From Rhodosorus marinus CCMP1338 (taxonomy: Eukaryota; Plantae; Rhodophyta), in the NCBI GenBank assembly GCA_029953675.1, contig JAMWBK010000001.1:2666001-2730000 (forward strand): 64,000 bases of DNA, read 5' to 3'. Numbering within the stretch: the stretch's first letter is position 1; each line of letters starts with the position of its first letter. This document shows positions 38,901 through 51,499 of this stretch, in pieces. The notes beneath the pieces are model-generated. The model had not been told where the DNA came from and searched no databases. It was given only the letters and a program-made list of their open reading frames with translations. A program made the translations under genes and the position numbers.

Positions 38901-41900
38901 TCAAGGACCAGTCGTTCAACGATGAGGACGGAGCTGAGAAGAGGTATTTAAGATATCTAGGCGATGGGCATGACGTTCATAGAACATCTCCGCAGTGAAC
39001 TTGATTGGGGCTGAAAGCGACTTCATCAACTCGAAACCGGGCAACCACAGGTAAGACCTTCTCCAACGGCTCGATGAAACCTGTCGTCGCCACCAAAGAG
39101 GCTTTCTCGAATGAGCACGAGATTGTTTGCTCTTCTCCAAGCTCTGCTCGATGGAAAAACTGGAATGCAGCGCGGAACAAGTTGAAGATGAGCCTGCGCG
39201 CCTGCTTGGACATGACGTGTGAGGAAATCGTCACGTACTCAAACAATTTAGTGTCGAGAACACCAAAAGCAACGGAGCATCCACATGTCCAGATGTGTTC
39301 GTCATGCGGACCAGGGACAAGATGCCTTTATAACCCTGAGCCGTAAGTGCGAAGAAGACGCCTCGCTGCTATATGCTTCCTAACCTGAGGATAGTTGAAA
39401 AGGACAAGGTCGTGTGCAGAGTTCATCTATGCATTTTGAGATCTTATGTCCGTCCGCCAAATTCTCTTAAGAGCTGGACTTTGGATCTGAAGACAGTTTT
39501 GTTGACTTCTGGTTCGGCCATCTGGACGAATGGTTCTCTCTTCAAAGTATGGACGGCTACGCGTGTGGCGTTATTTTGATAATCAACTTTGAGAACTAGT
39601 TTAGTTTGGAGTTAGCATGTCGCCTCCCGTGGGATGCCACAGGGCTTGGCGGTGAGAACCTCGCGATAGTCACGTTCCCTATTTGGCGCGGTTCCTCATG
39701 CGGATGAGGTACGGACCCCGCGTCCGGCCCGCACAGTATCTAACAGTGACTCGCCGTAAACCCATGCCATCGACTCGTATGGCTCGCAGAGCACCGCAAG
39801 GACACTTCGTGAGGATGCGCCATTCCGCCGTGCGCGCTTTACAATCGTCATCCATTGAGGTTCACGAAAGGATTTTGCGCGGATCCTACACTTGAGAACC
39901 ATCTTAACTGGGTTACTTTCTGTACAGGTCGATGATGTCACGCAACAACAGGTCATCGCCTGTTTCGATGATCTTTTCCGGTCTAACGTCTCTCACCAAT
40001 CGTCTTTCCGGACCCACATTCTGTTCCTCACTCCGGCTCATACTGGAAACCAGACCCTCCAACGAAACCCTTCGAGACGACCGCAACACCCAAACAGCCA
40101 GAGCACTGAGAGCCACCTCAGCAACAGCAGCATCAGCTTAATCAATCGCAGCTCGTCCTCACCTAATATACGACACGCCGGACACCAAAGCCCAGACTGC
40201 TAGCAGTCCATCATCCCCGCCGATACCGAGCCCATACCACCATAAGCACAACCTGAACGGATCGATACGATTACCCATATTAAAATAGAAAATATCCAAC
40301 GGCTATGAGAAGATCCACCCACCACAACTCTTCCTGGTGGCAATCTCAACGGATATCTTCTCCCGCCTAAACAGCAATAAGGATGCATCCCAAAAGCCCA
40401 GAAGCCAACGGCGACCGCATGGCATCGATCCGTTAAGCAAAATGGATACCTCAATAAAATTCCCGCAAAACGGTTTATTTGAACCCCTGGATCTGTAACG
40501 GCACAAACGATCTCGAGTTCAACTTTATTCCGAAAAACATAATACAGTCATTATAGGATTGTTTTAGATTGAATAATGAAATTGATTGATTGATGGGATT
40601 CCGGAACGGCTTCCTGAAATGTATCATAGCGGAGAACCACAGAGGAATGAAGGGGAGCGGAGATCTATACCATGACCCCTTGAGGCGTATATGTATGAGG
40701 TTGAATGCTGACAATCATCGACACAGCTACACAACGAATGTAGCCAGCGGAAATAGTGGAATCTATGGACGCCCTTGGAAACCTCCGAAAATGGCTTGTC
40801 TGGTTACGTTCTGCCATTAGCAATACCTCAACTTGTGCTCGTCAACTCGACGAGTCTGTGTGGTAAGGAGCGCATTCTCCTTCCACTGAGGACGTTTCAA
40901 CGTCTCCCTGGCCTCGCTTACTCAGGTTGAACTGTTCTGGAGTTTTAGAGTAACCGCTAAGGATCCACTGACTTGCCTAGTCAGTCAAATGCTTCATCCA
41001 GAATATAAAGAAGACGTGGTCATTGTTGTCTCCAATGGCATCTCGATACTTTGACTCCTTGAACTTCCGGTCTCCAAGGACTCCTTATGTGAAAGGTCTC
41101 CGAAGAGGGAGTCATCTTCACTTCAATCGCATAGAGTTTCCCGTTGGTAGATGGCGAACGAGGAAGTCTACTCGTAAGCTGTTTGCATGGTAGTGCCCGG
41201 TAGGTTCGACGGTCGCTTACGGCCTCCTTTCATCACTGTCTCCGTTGGCGTAATTGGGTCGCCCAGGAGTCGTGGATAGTCTTGTGGCGTAGAGTCCAGC
41301 CTCCCGTGGAGCTGATACAATGATGAAGGCATTGAATCCCTTGAGGTTCATCGGCAGGCCTCTTTTTAAACAGGAGAACACGAATCTACTCGTACCAAGT
41401 ACAACAGCTACGATTTCCTTAGGCCGGAACTCACTCATCCATCTCCCATTTGACCAATCTGAAATCGGATTCTACAGCAGTATTGGCTGGAAAAATAGAA
41501 GCCAGACCTACGGCGAAATCACGGGGTCATGGGAAACCTCCTGCAGGCTCCATCAAATCCCTCGTCTTCCTGGATGCCATCCAGCAGCGCCTAAAAATGT
41601 GCTCCTCGGCATACGCAATTGGATGAAGCTCTGATGTTTTGCGCTTCGAGAGAACGCGTGGAAGTCAGTCGCTCCTTCTGGCCTTGAACAATCTGGGCAA
41701 CGACGCGACTCCAAAGGAATACCAAATGATTACGCAACAATTGGGGTACCTTGTCTCATCTTGCTGGTAGACTCAAGCAAGCATCGTCATATTCTTTGTT
41801 TCTGCTTGGATCTAGCTTGTGCCAGTCGCCACGTCCAACAGAAACGTCTTCAACTACCCTGTAGTCTCTAACACCGGTTTGCCAACCTCTTTCAATACTT

Positions 41901-42450
41901 GACGCAGTTGATAGAGGAGATGTATCAACTGCAGGAGGTCGATAAAACTGTCATTAGACTTCAGGGTACCCGTTAGCGCACGATAAGCAGAGATATTTCT
42001 ACGCTGAATGGGCTCGAACAGGTTCGTGTCGAGCAGTATTCGATTGGTAAGGTGCTACCACAATGCACCAACCCCTGGACTCGGTTGCCATGATGGTATC
42101 TTGCCGACCAAATACCGTCCATCCAGTGTAGAAGTCTGCTCATCGAGAGCCAGCGATTATTGGGAAAGCTATTTTCTTGTTTCCTCCCGGCTCCTGTATC
42201 CATCCCAAGCAACCTTCCGGAGTGGCAGAATGGTATCACTATGGACATACTGATAAGTTGGAGTCAATGCGACCCTAGACGAAGCACTGATGAAGTGGAC
42301 GACAGTCAGAGGGATGAGAGAGTGATCCTACCTGACTTCACTCTATGACTGGCTGTCAATTCATATATCGATGCATCGGTTGAGGTTTCAGAGAAGGAAT
42401 CTGGACGTAGGATGTGGAGCTGAAGCTCATCGAAGCTGAGCTCAGGGTTT
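38900..42450 (-). pseudogene. Extended decayed coding-like region (probably two or more relic genes)
   Basis: Long protein-like frames with scattered stops, e.g. RHLVPGPHDEHIWTCGCSVAFGVLDTKLFEYVTISSHVMSKQARRLIF and RNISAYRALTGTLKSNDSFIDLLQLIHLLYQLRQVLKEVGKPVLETTG*LKTFLL. Confidence 0.45.
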
Positions 42451-42574
42451 CCCGTTAGAAGAGCAAAGACGAGCATGAGATCTCAGACCGACTAGTTTTT
42501 GAAGTCCTAGTGGACGTGTTGGTTGAGGAGGAGGAGGAGGAGGCGGCGGCGGCGATGCGTGGAATGGATCGTGA

Positions 42575-45500
42575 ATGATGCGATGGCATCCTGAACGGCA
42601 CGCTAATCTTTTGATCAGTACGGCGGGCTGGAGCCCGTCGGTCTCTAAGATCGGTCAGCTGATCGGCAAACCTTTGAGACGTCGTCGATTCACCAAAAAT
42701 GAATCCCGGAGCTTGCTATTGCTCTACCTCCTCAGGACAAACCGTCCAGCGGCGGAGGGTGTGCTCAGAAGGCTAGATGCCTCTGAGCGGGCAAGTACGT
42801 CCAGATAGACCACCGACTAGGTCTTCTAAATCGCGTTTCTTCCAAAAGCTGAAGGTTTAGATCCCACTCTCATCGGATAGGGGTGGTTGGAAGTATCCTG
42901 GGAACGATTCCAAGAGACGATCTGCAGAGCACGATCGGAGCGATCTGGAAGGAGTTGAAGCCCTATGAGATTCAAAAGCATCCGGAGCTGTACGATTACT
43001 CAGTCCTCAACGTGATCTTCAGTGAAAAGTCTCTTGATGCTGGGATCGCATCATGCGAAGCACGTCATCTCGAGGTCACGCCGAACGCGCTGGTCAAGCT
43101 CCTAACCTCGTGCCCGGAGCAGGAACGCGTCGAGCAGTTGTACAAAATAGCGAAGCGATCTCGGAAACTCAGCCGGGAGTTTTTCAGCTCACTGATTCTC
43201 AACCGTCACAGAAGAGGTGATCATGCTGGAGTCCTCGACGCTTTCGCGGAGATGGTCAATTCCGGTATCAAGCCCACGACGGTAGTCTACAGCGCTTCCA
43301 TAAAAGCGCTCGCAGAGGAGTTCGATATCGTACGTTTCAGACTGGTGAGGGCGAAGCTGGTCTCAGCACTTGACCTAGAGCTGAAGCACGTTTTGCTTGA
43401 AGAACTTCTCCCCGACGATGCTACTGGTTTCAAGGTTTACGATAGTGTTCTACTCTCAAACACCGGATCTATTCCAAAGGTGAATTATCGGAAGCATGGA
43501 CAAGCTACGGCTCATCGATATGCAAAGACGATTGACCGCGATCACAAAACGCTTTTCGAATCAACCTTTCAGAATGATCAGAGACGACTCATCTTAGGAT
43601 TGTGTCGGAAGGTCGTCACTGCGCTGCTGAGGAAACGCGACGAGGAGAGCTTTCTCAGCTTTGCAGGCGGTCTGCTTCGCGTCGGCATCAAACCTCCGGT
43701 GGCCGTGTGCCACAGAATGCTTAAGATCAGGTTTCAGCAGTGCGCTTATGGACAGTGCAGTTGGATCTTTGCAAAGGCGTTATCTTCTCCAAGGAGAGTG
43801 AACGCAGTAAGATAGCCGCTGCAACGCTGCTGCACGCGCTGGAGCTTGACGCTGACCACCTCTCACCCTTCGCCCACAAGGACATAGTCGAGATAAACAT
43901 GAATGCTCTACTAAGGCGGAAGAAGTATGTAACCTTGCTAAAGCTCAACGAACGTCTCGCCGAGATCGGAGTGCAAAGGACAGATTCGATTCTGCTCTGT
44001 GTTCTTCAAGCTCACGGCGCGCTCGGTGACATTGTAGGTAAGGTTTGGGCTAGAAAGGCTGCTCTGGTTATACTTTCGTAACCCATCATGCGAATCCAGG
44101 AGTCAGGAACTGCTTAGAGCAACTGGAAAGCAGCGCGTACGTCTTCAAGGACTCCGAGCCGTTCAACCCAGCGTTGCGAACGCTCTCATTTCATAAGGAA
44201 AGTTCAATATATCGACACGAGCTGATCGATAAGATGGTTCGAATGAGCTCCAAGTACAGTGCGCAAACAGTGATCATCGTGGTTCGAGGGTTCGCTAGGA
44301 ACAGGTGCTTGACAGGTATGGCCTACCCGATACAGTCTCCGCTGTCAGCGTCCCAAGGGCCTGAAAGAGGCCGGTTCGTTCGGTTAGAAATGAGGTGGTG
44401 GTTTGCCAAGCTGGTGGTGCGGCCCAGATTGGCTGTCAAGGTGCTTCCGGATGTCATCAAAGCGTACGTTGATGAGGGATTGTCGAGCGACGTACCGGGC
44501 TTGATCGAGTCCCTCGGGCTTTTAGACCCAGAAAGAGTCCAATTCAGGGTCACGCTTGACGCCTACCGAGGAGACGTGGAGAGCGCCTTGGAGGCGGTGA
44601 AGTCGGAACCGAGAAAGCGGATACAGCTCGGTGTTCTTCTCAAGGGCCTCTGCGAACGGAACGACGTAGATTGTACGAGTACCGCAAAGTTCGCCCGAGG
44701 GTGACCGCTGCACGAGTTCTGATGGTCACACGCGTTTCTTACCGTTGATTAGCTATTAGGGCTGTTCTGAAGTACATGAACGACGAGAGGATGGCGTTGC
44801 ATGACAACCGCGTTGCTTCTCTGCTGACCACGATGAAACGGAACGACTGTCTAGAACCCGTTGAGGAGGTTGCAAAGTACAGCACGAATTGGAAAGCGGT
44901 GCAATTGACAGATAATGCCGTAATGAGCTCGACTATGATGAGCGAAGATTATCCCCACGTTGTTGAAATGTACAATCCGAGAACAGGGTCACGCGGTTGC
45001 TATACGATGGAGCAGTATGCTATGCTGATCATCGCGCTTTGCAAGGTGAGTCTTAAAGAGGCGGAAAGGCAACGAATGGAAGCGCTTACCACCGAGGAAC
45101 ACCAATATTCACCCAAAAAGGCCTCAAGTCAAAAGTCCCAATGGCCACCAAGTGCTGGGACTTTGGCTTGTGGGGGTCCTGATAAATATTGTGTTCCTCG
45201 TGTGCTTGATTTGGTCTGATCTGAGCGAGCGTTTTTGCTGATTTCATCAGAGGCGCCCATTCGTTTTCAGGTTTCCCGCACGAAGGAGGCAACTTGTATG
45301 TTCGATTCCTTTCGCGACGCAGGTCTGCGGCTGCCGGGTGTGGTCTGGAGGGCGTACGTGCACGCTCTGACCTTCGAAGAAAACGGCGCGGCAAGGATAA
45401 AGCAGGCTCTTGTGCGCACCGAAAGAAATGTCTTGGCGTTTGCGCGGATGTCTTCCTCGGCTCTAAAGTCGTTTGCACAGCAGGACAAGGTTGCAGAAGC

Positions 45501-45882
45501 GAAGCAGCTGCTGGGCTACGTCAAGGACACCGGCGTCCTGCTCTCAGCGGATTGTTTTCAGAGCTTGGTCCTCATGAACGTACGAAACGAGAGCATCAAC
45601 GAAATGAACATCGTCCTCAAGATGGTGGCCGGGTCTGGAATTCAGCTGACGTCGAGTACAATGGAGCAAGCTCTGGCTCAAATGGAGCGAGGTAACGCCA
45701 ACCCCACCACTGTTGCTAGAGTGTACGCTGCTCTACGCCAAAGAGGAGTCCTCCCGACCGAAGCCTGTGTCGATTCTCTAAAGCACCTATACAACCAAAC
45801 CGGCAAGTTCGAGGTGCTCGCTTGTGCTAGAGAAGCCGACAATCGCGTTCTAAGCCAATCCAGCTCGTCGCAAGCCCCTTGA
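42575..45882 (+). CDS. Degenerate PPR-like helical-repeat protein
   Basis: PPR-like units (DHAGVLDAFAEMVNSGIKPTTVVYSASIKAL; CMFDSFRDAGLRLPGVVWRAYVHAL; LLSADCFQSLV); about 7 exons; (GAG)n/(GCG)n leader. Confidence 0.7.
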
Positions 45883-46158
45883 GATCGTTCACCGCAACAC
45901 TTCTTTATGATATATGTTTTGTGAATGGTATTACAACCTCTTCCCCAAACTACTCCGGTGTTTCGCCAAGGAGCCGGCTTCGGCTTTTCTTTAGGGCTTT
46001 CAGTCCTACTCGTCCACCTAGCCCGCCGATTTTCTAATGCATTTACCGACCATTGAGCTCTGCTCAAGCGCTGCAGTGAGCCCGAGGCACACCATCTTCG
46101 CTTTCCCATCCTCAGCTTCCTTTTCTTCCGCTTGTTTTCATGTTGTAGCAGGCTAAGT

Positions 46159-47252
46159 CTATTTAAGCCTCTCCTTGATGATATTCGCACCAGAAACCAT
46201 GAAAAGCGTCTGCCAGATACCTAGAAGAAGCCTTGGAACTATCCCCTTGAAGAGTCCGGGCGTACCATAGTCCTTGTACACCATTCTAAATACGCCCATC
46301 ATGGAAAGAGCAGATTCGCCAGCTCGTGCTCGTGCCTGCATCTCGATTCTTGCCACTTCAAAGGGATGGTTCCAACACGCAAAGGACCCGCCGATGATAC
46401 CACACGCAGCCTTAGCAAGAAGAAGGATTCCCAGTCTTGTTTTAGTGCACCGCAGCAAAGCTGAGTTTACTTGTTGGGTATTTTCTTACCTCTTCCAATG
46501 GAGATAGTTTAGCGCTGGCATCGCCGTACTTCATCTTCTTCATCTGCGTGCGTACTCCTTCAGTGAATCCCTGACGAGAAGCCCAATTCGTCGCCTGACG
46601 GAACGCAACCGCTGATCCTCCCGGGTAGAAGCCTTTGACCCCGTTAGCTTTCCAGGTTTCCGACATAATCTGAGTCATCGTCTTGCTCTTATCGCCTGTC
46701 ACAGCGGCTGTTACGAGGTAGGTACATGGTCCCATCACCACAGTCTGACACACACCACCTCCAGCACCCCCCAAAATTCCTGCAACCAAAACAAGACCGG
46801 TGTTGCTTCTTGTCAGCAGAGACTTTGGGCCCATCAAGTTGCTTAGAGATACTTACCCGACAGCATTGGTGACATGCCTGCCCCCTGGCAGATTTCGATT
46901 ATTGATTCCTTTGAAACCATCAAAACGGCGCCTAAAAACAATGCGAGAAGACTAACCTAAGATACAACTTCAGGATTTTACAGGACGGAAGGGTCGTGAA
47001 AAACCGCTAACCTTTTGATGCGGATTCAAACATCTTAGGGCCCATGCCTGCCCAGAAGGCCGCAACTCCCCGAACACCACCTCCAGCGGTCGAGTACACG
47101 TTCCTAAACGCCACAACATTCCCCTCATTCCTGAACCTCCCCATTCGAGTCTTCCAAACCTCAAACGGCAGGCCCAAGCTCGCAGCCTCGACCATCTGTA
47201 GCACAGCTCCATTCCTAACGTCCTTGTATCCCTTTCCCGTCGGTGGTGCCAT
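46159..47252 (-). CDS. YHM2: Mitochondrial carrier, Yhm2-like citrate/oxoglutarate carrier
   Basis: Three carrier repeats: GLPFEVWKTRM, VMGPCTYLVTA, WNHPFEVARIEMQ; FRQATNWASRQG; 4 exons. Confidence 0.85.
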
Positions 47253-47584
47253 GACTTCTCACCCCCTCCCCCCACCCCAAAAAAACCAGCCTCCTTCCTC
47301 TCCGCCTCTCTCAACTCCACTCTCAAAATTTCCTACAATTCACCTCCTCCAGTCCTCTACCAATCTCCATACCCTAAACCTCTCTCCCTCCCACCCACCT
47401 CCACCCCACCATCCTCCCCTCACCCTCTACTTCCAATGCCATAACTCATCTCATCCACCACCAATGCCATTCACCGATTCCATTCCGATCCAAATAATGA
47501 ATAAAATAAAAACCTAACGGAAAAAAAAGAGGACATCCACAAAAATACTTATATAATATAAAAAAAGCACATTCATATCCATAA

Positions 47585-47853
47585 GACACGTGTACTTATA
47601 TATTTCGATATTAACGACACGCGGAAGTATCTGTTTCGATGAGTTTATTATTATATTGGGAAGTACTATAAGCTGGACATTATTGGAGAATCATAACGCG
47701 TGGTTGTAATTAATTGGATTCCTATACCACGCGGATATACTTTATTGGCTCTAATGCTATCTATATTTAGAGTTTTTTGAGGTGGTGGGTATTAATTTGT
47801 TATTAGCGACACGTGTGGATAGTTAATTAGATAAATAGGACACGCGGGAGTAT
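47585..47853. promoter_or_regulatory. Cluster of paired CACGTG/CACGCG modules in an AT-rich promoter
   Basis: GACACGTGT at 47585 and GACACGCGG at 47616; the same pair at 47808 and 47839; a further ACGCG pair at 47696 and 47729. Confidence 0.6.
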
Positions 47854-48180
47854 GTGATTTGGTCTCGATTTGTTCTGCATTGGGTGTTTTTGGGATGTGG
47901 TTTTTGTTAGTACACTAGTATTTGGTTAGTATTTGATTAGTATTGGAGTTGAGAGGCTGAAGGAGACGGGGCAGGTGCTGTTGCTTTGAAGTGGTGAATG
48001 GGTGGTTGATCGATATCGGATTACTTTAGCAACATGTGCAATAGTCACTACTACTTGGTTTTCCCACGCCCCTCTGCATTTGGTTTGCGAAGCGGTTATG
48101 GGCTTTTCCCTAGCGAAGGTTCTCTCACCCGCTTCCCAAGCACGGGGAAGAGGCTCAATGCCCCCGCTGGTACGCTTGCT

Positions 48181-48852
48181 TTACATGGCACCATGGCTGT
48201 TCCACTTCATTCCACCACCACCACCCTTTGCGTCCTCCGCGTTTTCTTTTCTGATGGTACGAGGACCCACTGCAGCGACCAGTAGGAGTTGACCTATCTT
48301 CTCGCGAACTTCATCGCGGAGTTCCTCTTGCTCATAGTCCACGTGTAGGAACGTCTCGAAATCTTCATTGATCAAAGCCGATAGGCCCTCTACAATCCCA
48401 ACCAGCTCATCCCAGACATGATGTTCCTCCGCAGTTTTCTTCGGCAATTCCAACGGCGTGTTTGCTTCCAACGAGTGCAGTAGCGTCTGCAGGCACTCAA
48501 AAAACATCGTCTTCAAGTCTACTTCTCGGTCAGTGAAGATTTCCTTGTAAGCAGACTGTTCAAACACGTTTTCAATGTTCCCTTCAATTTTCCTCGGCAC
48601 GTCCTTGGAACTATGATAAGCATCATATCTCCGCCAAAGGTCGATGAGGTATTCCCGGCTATCAGATTTCAGGGCACGATCCCGATCACCGACGTTGAAG
48701 TCAACCATGTCGCGGATGCGCAAGAATCGCGGATCTGTAACCCATGCGTCGATCTCATAAATATCTTCAACCGGGTCCGGATCCGTCTCAGCGAATACCC
48801 ACCGTGCGCATATCAACGCAAGTACGAAAAATAACCGACCCCAGCCACGCAT
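48181..48852 (-). CDS. Hypothetical acidic helical protein with signal peptide
   Basis: MRGWGRLFFVLALICARWVFA signal-like N-terminus; ~223-codon open frame. Confidence 0.65.
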   Translation of the reverse strand: MRGWGRLFFVLALICARWVFAETDPDPVEDIYEIDAWVTDPRFLRIRDMVDFNVGDRDRALKSDSREYLIDLWRRYDAYHSSKDVPRKIEGNIENVFEQSAYKEIFTDREVDLKTMFFECLQTLLHSLEANTPLELPKKTAEEHHVWDELVGIVEGLSALINEDFETFLHVDYEQEELRDEVREKIGQLLLVAAVGPRTIRKENAEDAKGGGGGMKWNSHGAM

Positions 48853-50129
48853 CCTATGAAAACGTAAAGTGTAGATGAAGCGGTCCCGACTAATCAAAAT
48901 ACACAGCAACCTACACAAGTCGAACTAAAGCGCTCTAGACAAAGCCGAGCCCTTCTTGATCCCCCCGTCGGGCAAATCTTCCCGCTCTTCACAGCACAGC
49001 GCAAAATCCGATTCTCCGCACAGCCCCACAGTCTGGTAAAATACTGAGACCACCTACGCCAGCCTTACGCCGCCAGCAAAACCCCCGTTCTGAGACACCC
49101 TGCCAACCTCTCCCGCTCTACCCAAGACCAGCACACGCAAACACTCCAGGCCCCTAGTTCCTTATCAAACCTCTCGCACCCAAGTTCGCAGCAACCAGCC
49201 GTATTAACAGCCCCTATTTGTCTCCTAAAACAAGAAAATACGGTAGTCTCTCTTAGATAACCGTCAAACAAGTCTTCGAACTTCCCCAGATGATACCTAC
49301 CCGCCCCCAATCCAATACAAACTCCAACAGCCCTCTTCCTCATACCGTCCTGACAATTCCATATATCTGTCCCAATCTGATCTTACCCCCTCCCTTTCCT
49401 TTACAAAATCAAACAATCTTCCCCCCCTCTTTCTACGAAACACAGCAATCCAATAAACGTTTATTATCTATTTATAAACAAATTACGTTCTTTTTTCTTC
49501 AATTTCGTCAACCCATATATATGACAATGTTAAAATTATCTGTGGGACGAAACTGTCCCACAAGAACTCGTTCCCCCCTTTTAATATGTGTCGACTTCTA
49601 TTTAGTCAATACCATGTAATATTTAAAACAAATTCGACGGATATCAGTCAATATACGACCGTTGGGGAGTACTGACAAAATAGAAGGGTTGTGCTTAGGG
49701 AAATGGGACTGTCCCGACATCTGAATAGGAAGGTTTGGGAAGCTGTATGGTGGTATGTGGGCTGAGCCTGGCCACACTGGCTTTTGGTGCTCGTACCTAG
49801 TTTTGTATTACACCTGTCACAGCGATTTTAAGGCTACTCCAGTGGAGCCATCAGTCCCCAGATGAGTTTTCTCCTGAGAGCACGTTGGGCGCATGTGCGA
49901 GAGGGTGTGACGGCTACTAGCGGCTGGTGATCAGGGCTAGAAAGGTCGTCATCTGGCCACTGAACTATCGATGTAGCCTTGTGAGAGCTGCCTCAGATAG
50001 AGCTTCTGAAAAGAGTCCGGCAGGATTGAAGGCTGGTTTTGCAGCGTCTCGGCTCAGCACCGTTGCTTCTCTGTATTAAAAAGAGTTCTTTCTGGTTTCG
50101 TGCGTATGCTTTTAAGAAAACCAGTTCAG

Positions 50130-51239
50130 TTAGTAGTCAATAGCCGGATTCTTGCCTGGCCCTGGCAGACATGCAAGCGATTTTCCGTCCTCAAAGTTAG
50201 TGATCTCATTCTCCTCGGGAGCGGCGTGAGCCTCTTCAATGTGGTAGCTCCTTCTCCCCCGCCAGAACGTGTACATCTTCAATGATTGTCGACTGGAGTA
50301 GAGCGAAAAGGGTGACGTATTCTTCAAGATTCTCACTATCCCAAGGTAATCTCCGAGTCCCAGAGACTTGGTACCCTGTCCGTTGTTCGTATCCAGACTC
50401 ACGACAACATCGGAGAGATGTTCTAGCTCCACATCAGGACCTGTAGGACAATTGCTGAGCACGTTAGCGAACAGAACTCCGGAAAAGGACGCAGGGAAGC
50501 GGTGCTTACAAGCAGCAGTTATGAGGCACACCGCGTTCGACTCGCGTACTAGACTCCGGAGCTTCCGAAGGAAAGTCCTGGGTTCTCCTTCCCATAGTGC
50601 TGATCCAAGCTGACGTACGGCAATCCTTGCGGCAACTTTTGCGCGGATTGACCCCTGCACGTGGACTCTTAGCTTCGAGGCGACATTGTCCAAGTCCACT
50701 TCGTTGCCGAATCCAAGTAGCGATAGTTTCTTCCCTTCCAAGGAACCAGAATCCACCTGGCTCAGGTCGAAGTTATGACAGAACTTCCGAGCATCTCCAG
50801 ATGGCTGACCACCTCCTCCCTGCGAGCCACCGGTCCCAGAGTATCCTTGCTGATTTCGATACCTCCAAGCAATCCTCAGGTCCGAGTCTTTACCCTCCTC
50901 TGTCCTACCCTGGAGCACTTCCCGCGGAGCCGCGTCCGTCCTCACAGGAAGGTTTTTGATCACATTCTCAGGCCTATCATCTGCACAAGCCACGGCCACC
51001 GCGTGGTCATGGGCAAACCCTTGCGCCAAGAAGCAGTTCAGAATGGCATTCGAATGCGCCGTCCCTCCGCGTTCGCCTAAAAGCACAATTGAACCCAGAG
51101 GATAACCACCTCCAAGGATCTCATCCAAGTCTCTGATTCCACTCGACGTGATTCGCCCACCGCCTCCACGGATACTGGCTCGAACACCTACGAGAGACGT
51201 TCCTCCACTCCGCCCTCCTTCATTCCTCACAAAACCCAT
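50130..51239 (-). CDS. ELP4: Elongator complex subunit 4 (PAXNEB)
   Basis: SSGIRDLDEILGGGYPLGSIVLLGE, CFLAQG, DLRIAWRY, FCHNFDLS, LEHLSDVVVSL; one intron ~50500-50440. Confidence 0.92.
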   Translation of the reverse strand: MGFVRNEGGRSGGTSLVGVRASIRGGGGRITSSGIRDLDEILGGGYPLGSIVLLGERGGTAHSNAILNCFLAQGFAHDHAVAVACADDRPENVIKNLPVRTDAAPREVLQGRTEEGKDSDLRIAWRYRNQQGYSGTGGSQGGGGQPSGDARKFCHNFDLSQVDSGSLEGKKLSLLGFGNEVDLDNVASKLRVHVQGSIRAKVAARIAVRQLGSALWEGEPRTFLRKLRSLVRESNAVCLITAACKHRFPASFSGVLFANVLSNCPTGPDVELEHLSDVVVSLDTNNGQGTKSLGLGDYLGIVRILKNTSPFSLYSSRQSLKMYTFWRGRRSYHIEEAHAAPEENEITNFEDGKSLACLPGPGKNPAIDY

Positions 51240-51499
51240 CGCAAAATACTTTCGAATCCTCTCAAAATCCCTGCATTCCTCGTCGTCCTTTTGCTCGTGG
51301 ACAACACATCCATTCGAGGACCTTGAAGAGGAAGACGACGACCCCAACCCGCCCCCCCACAAACCCCGACTCGCTCACCTCCTCCAAACTTTCATACACA
51401 CAAGGGAGGCCGAGAACACGACCAACATCACCCTCAACGATGCTACTCGTTGAAGAAGAAGACCAACCTCAGCATCGTCTTCATCACAGTCTGAAGAAT

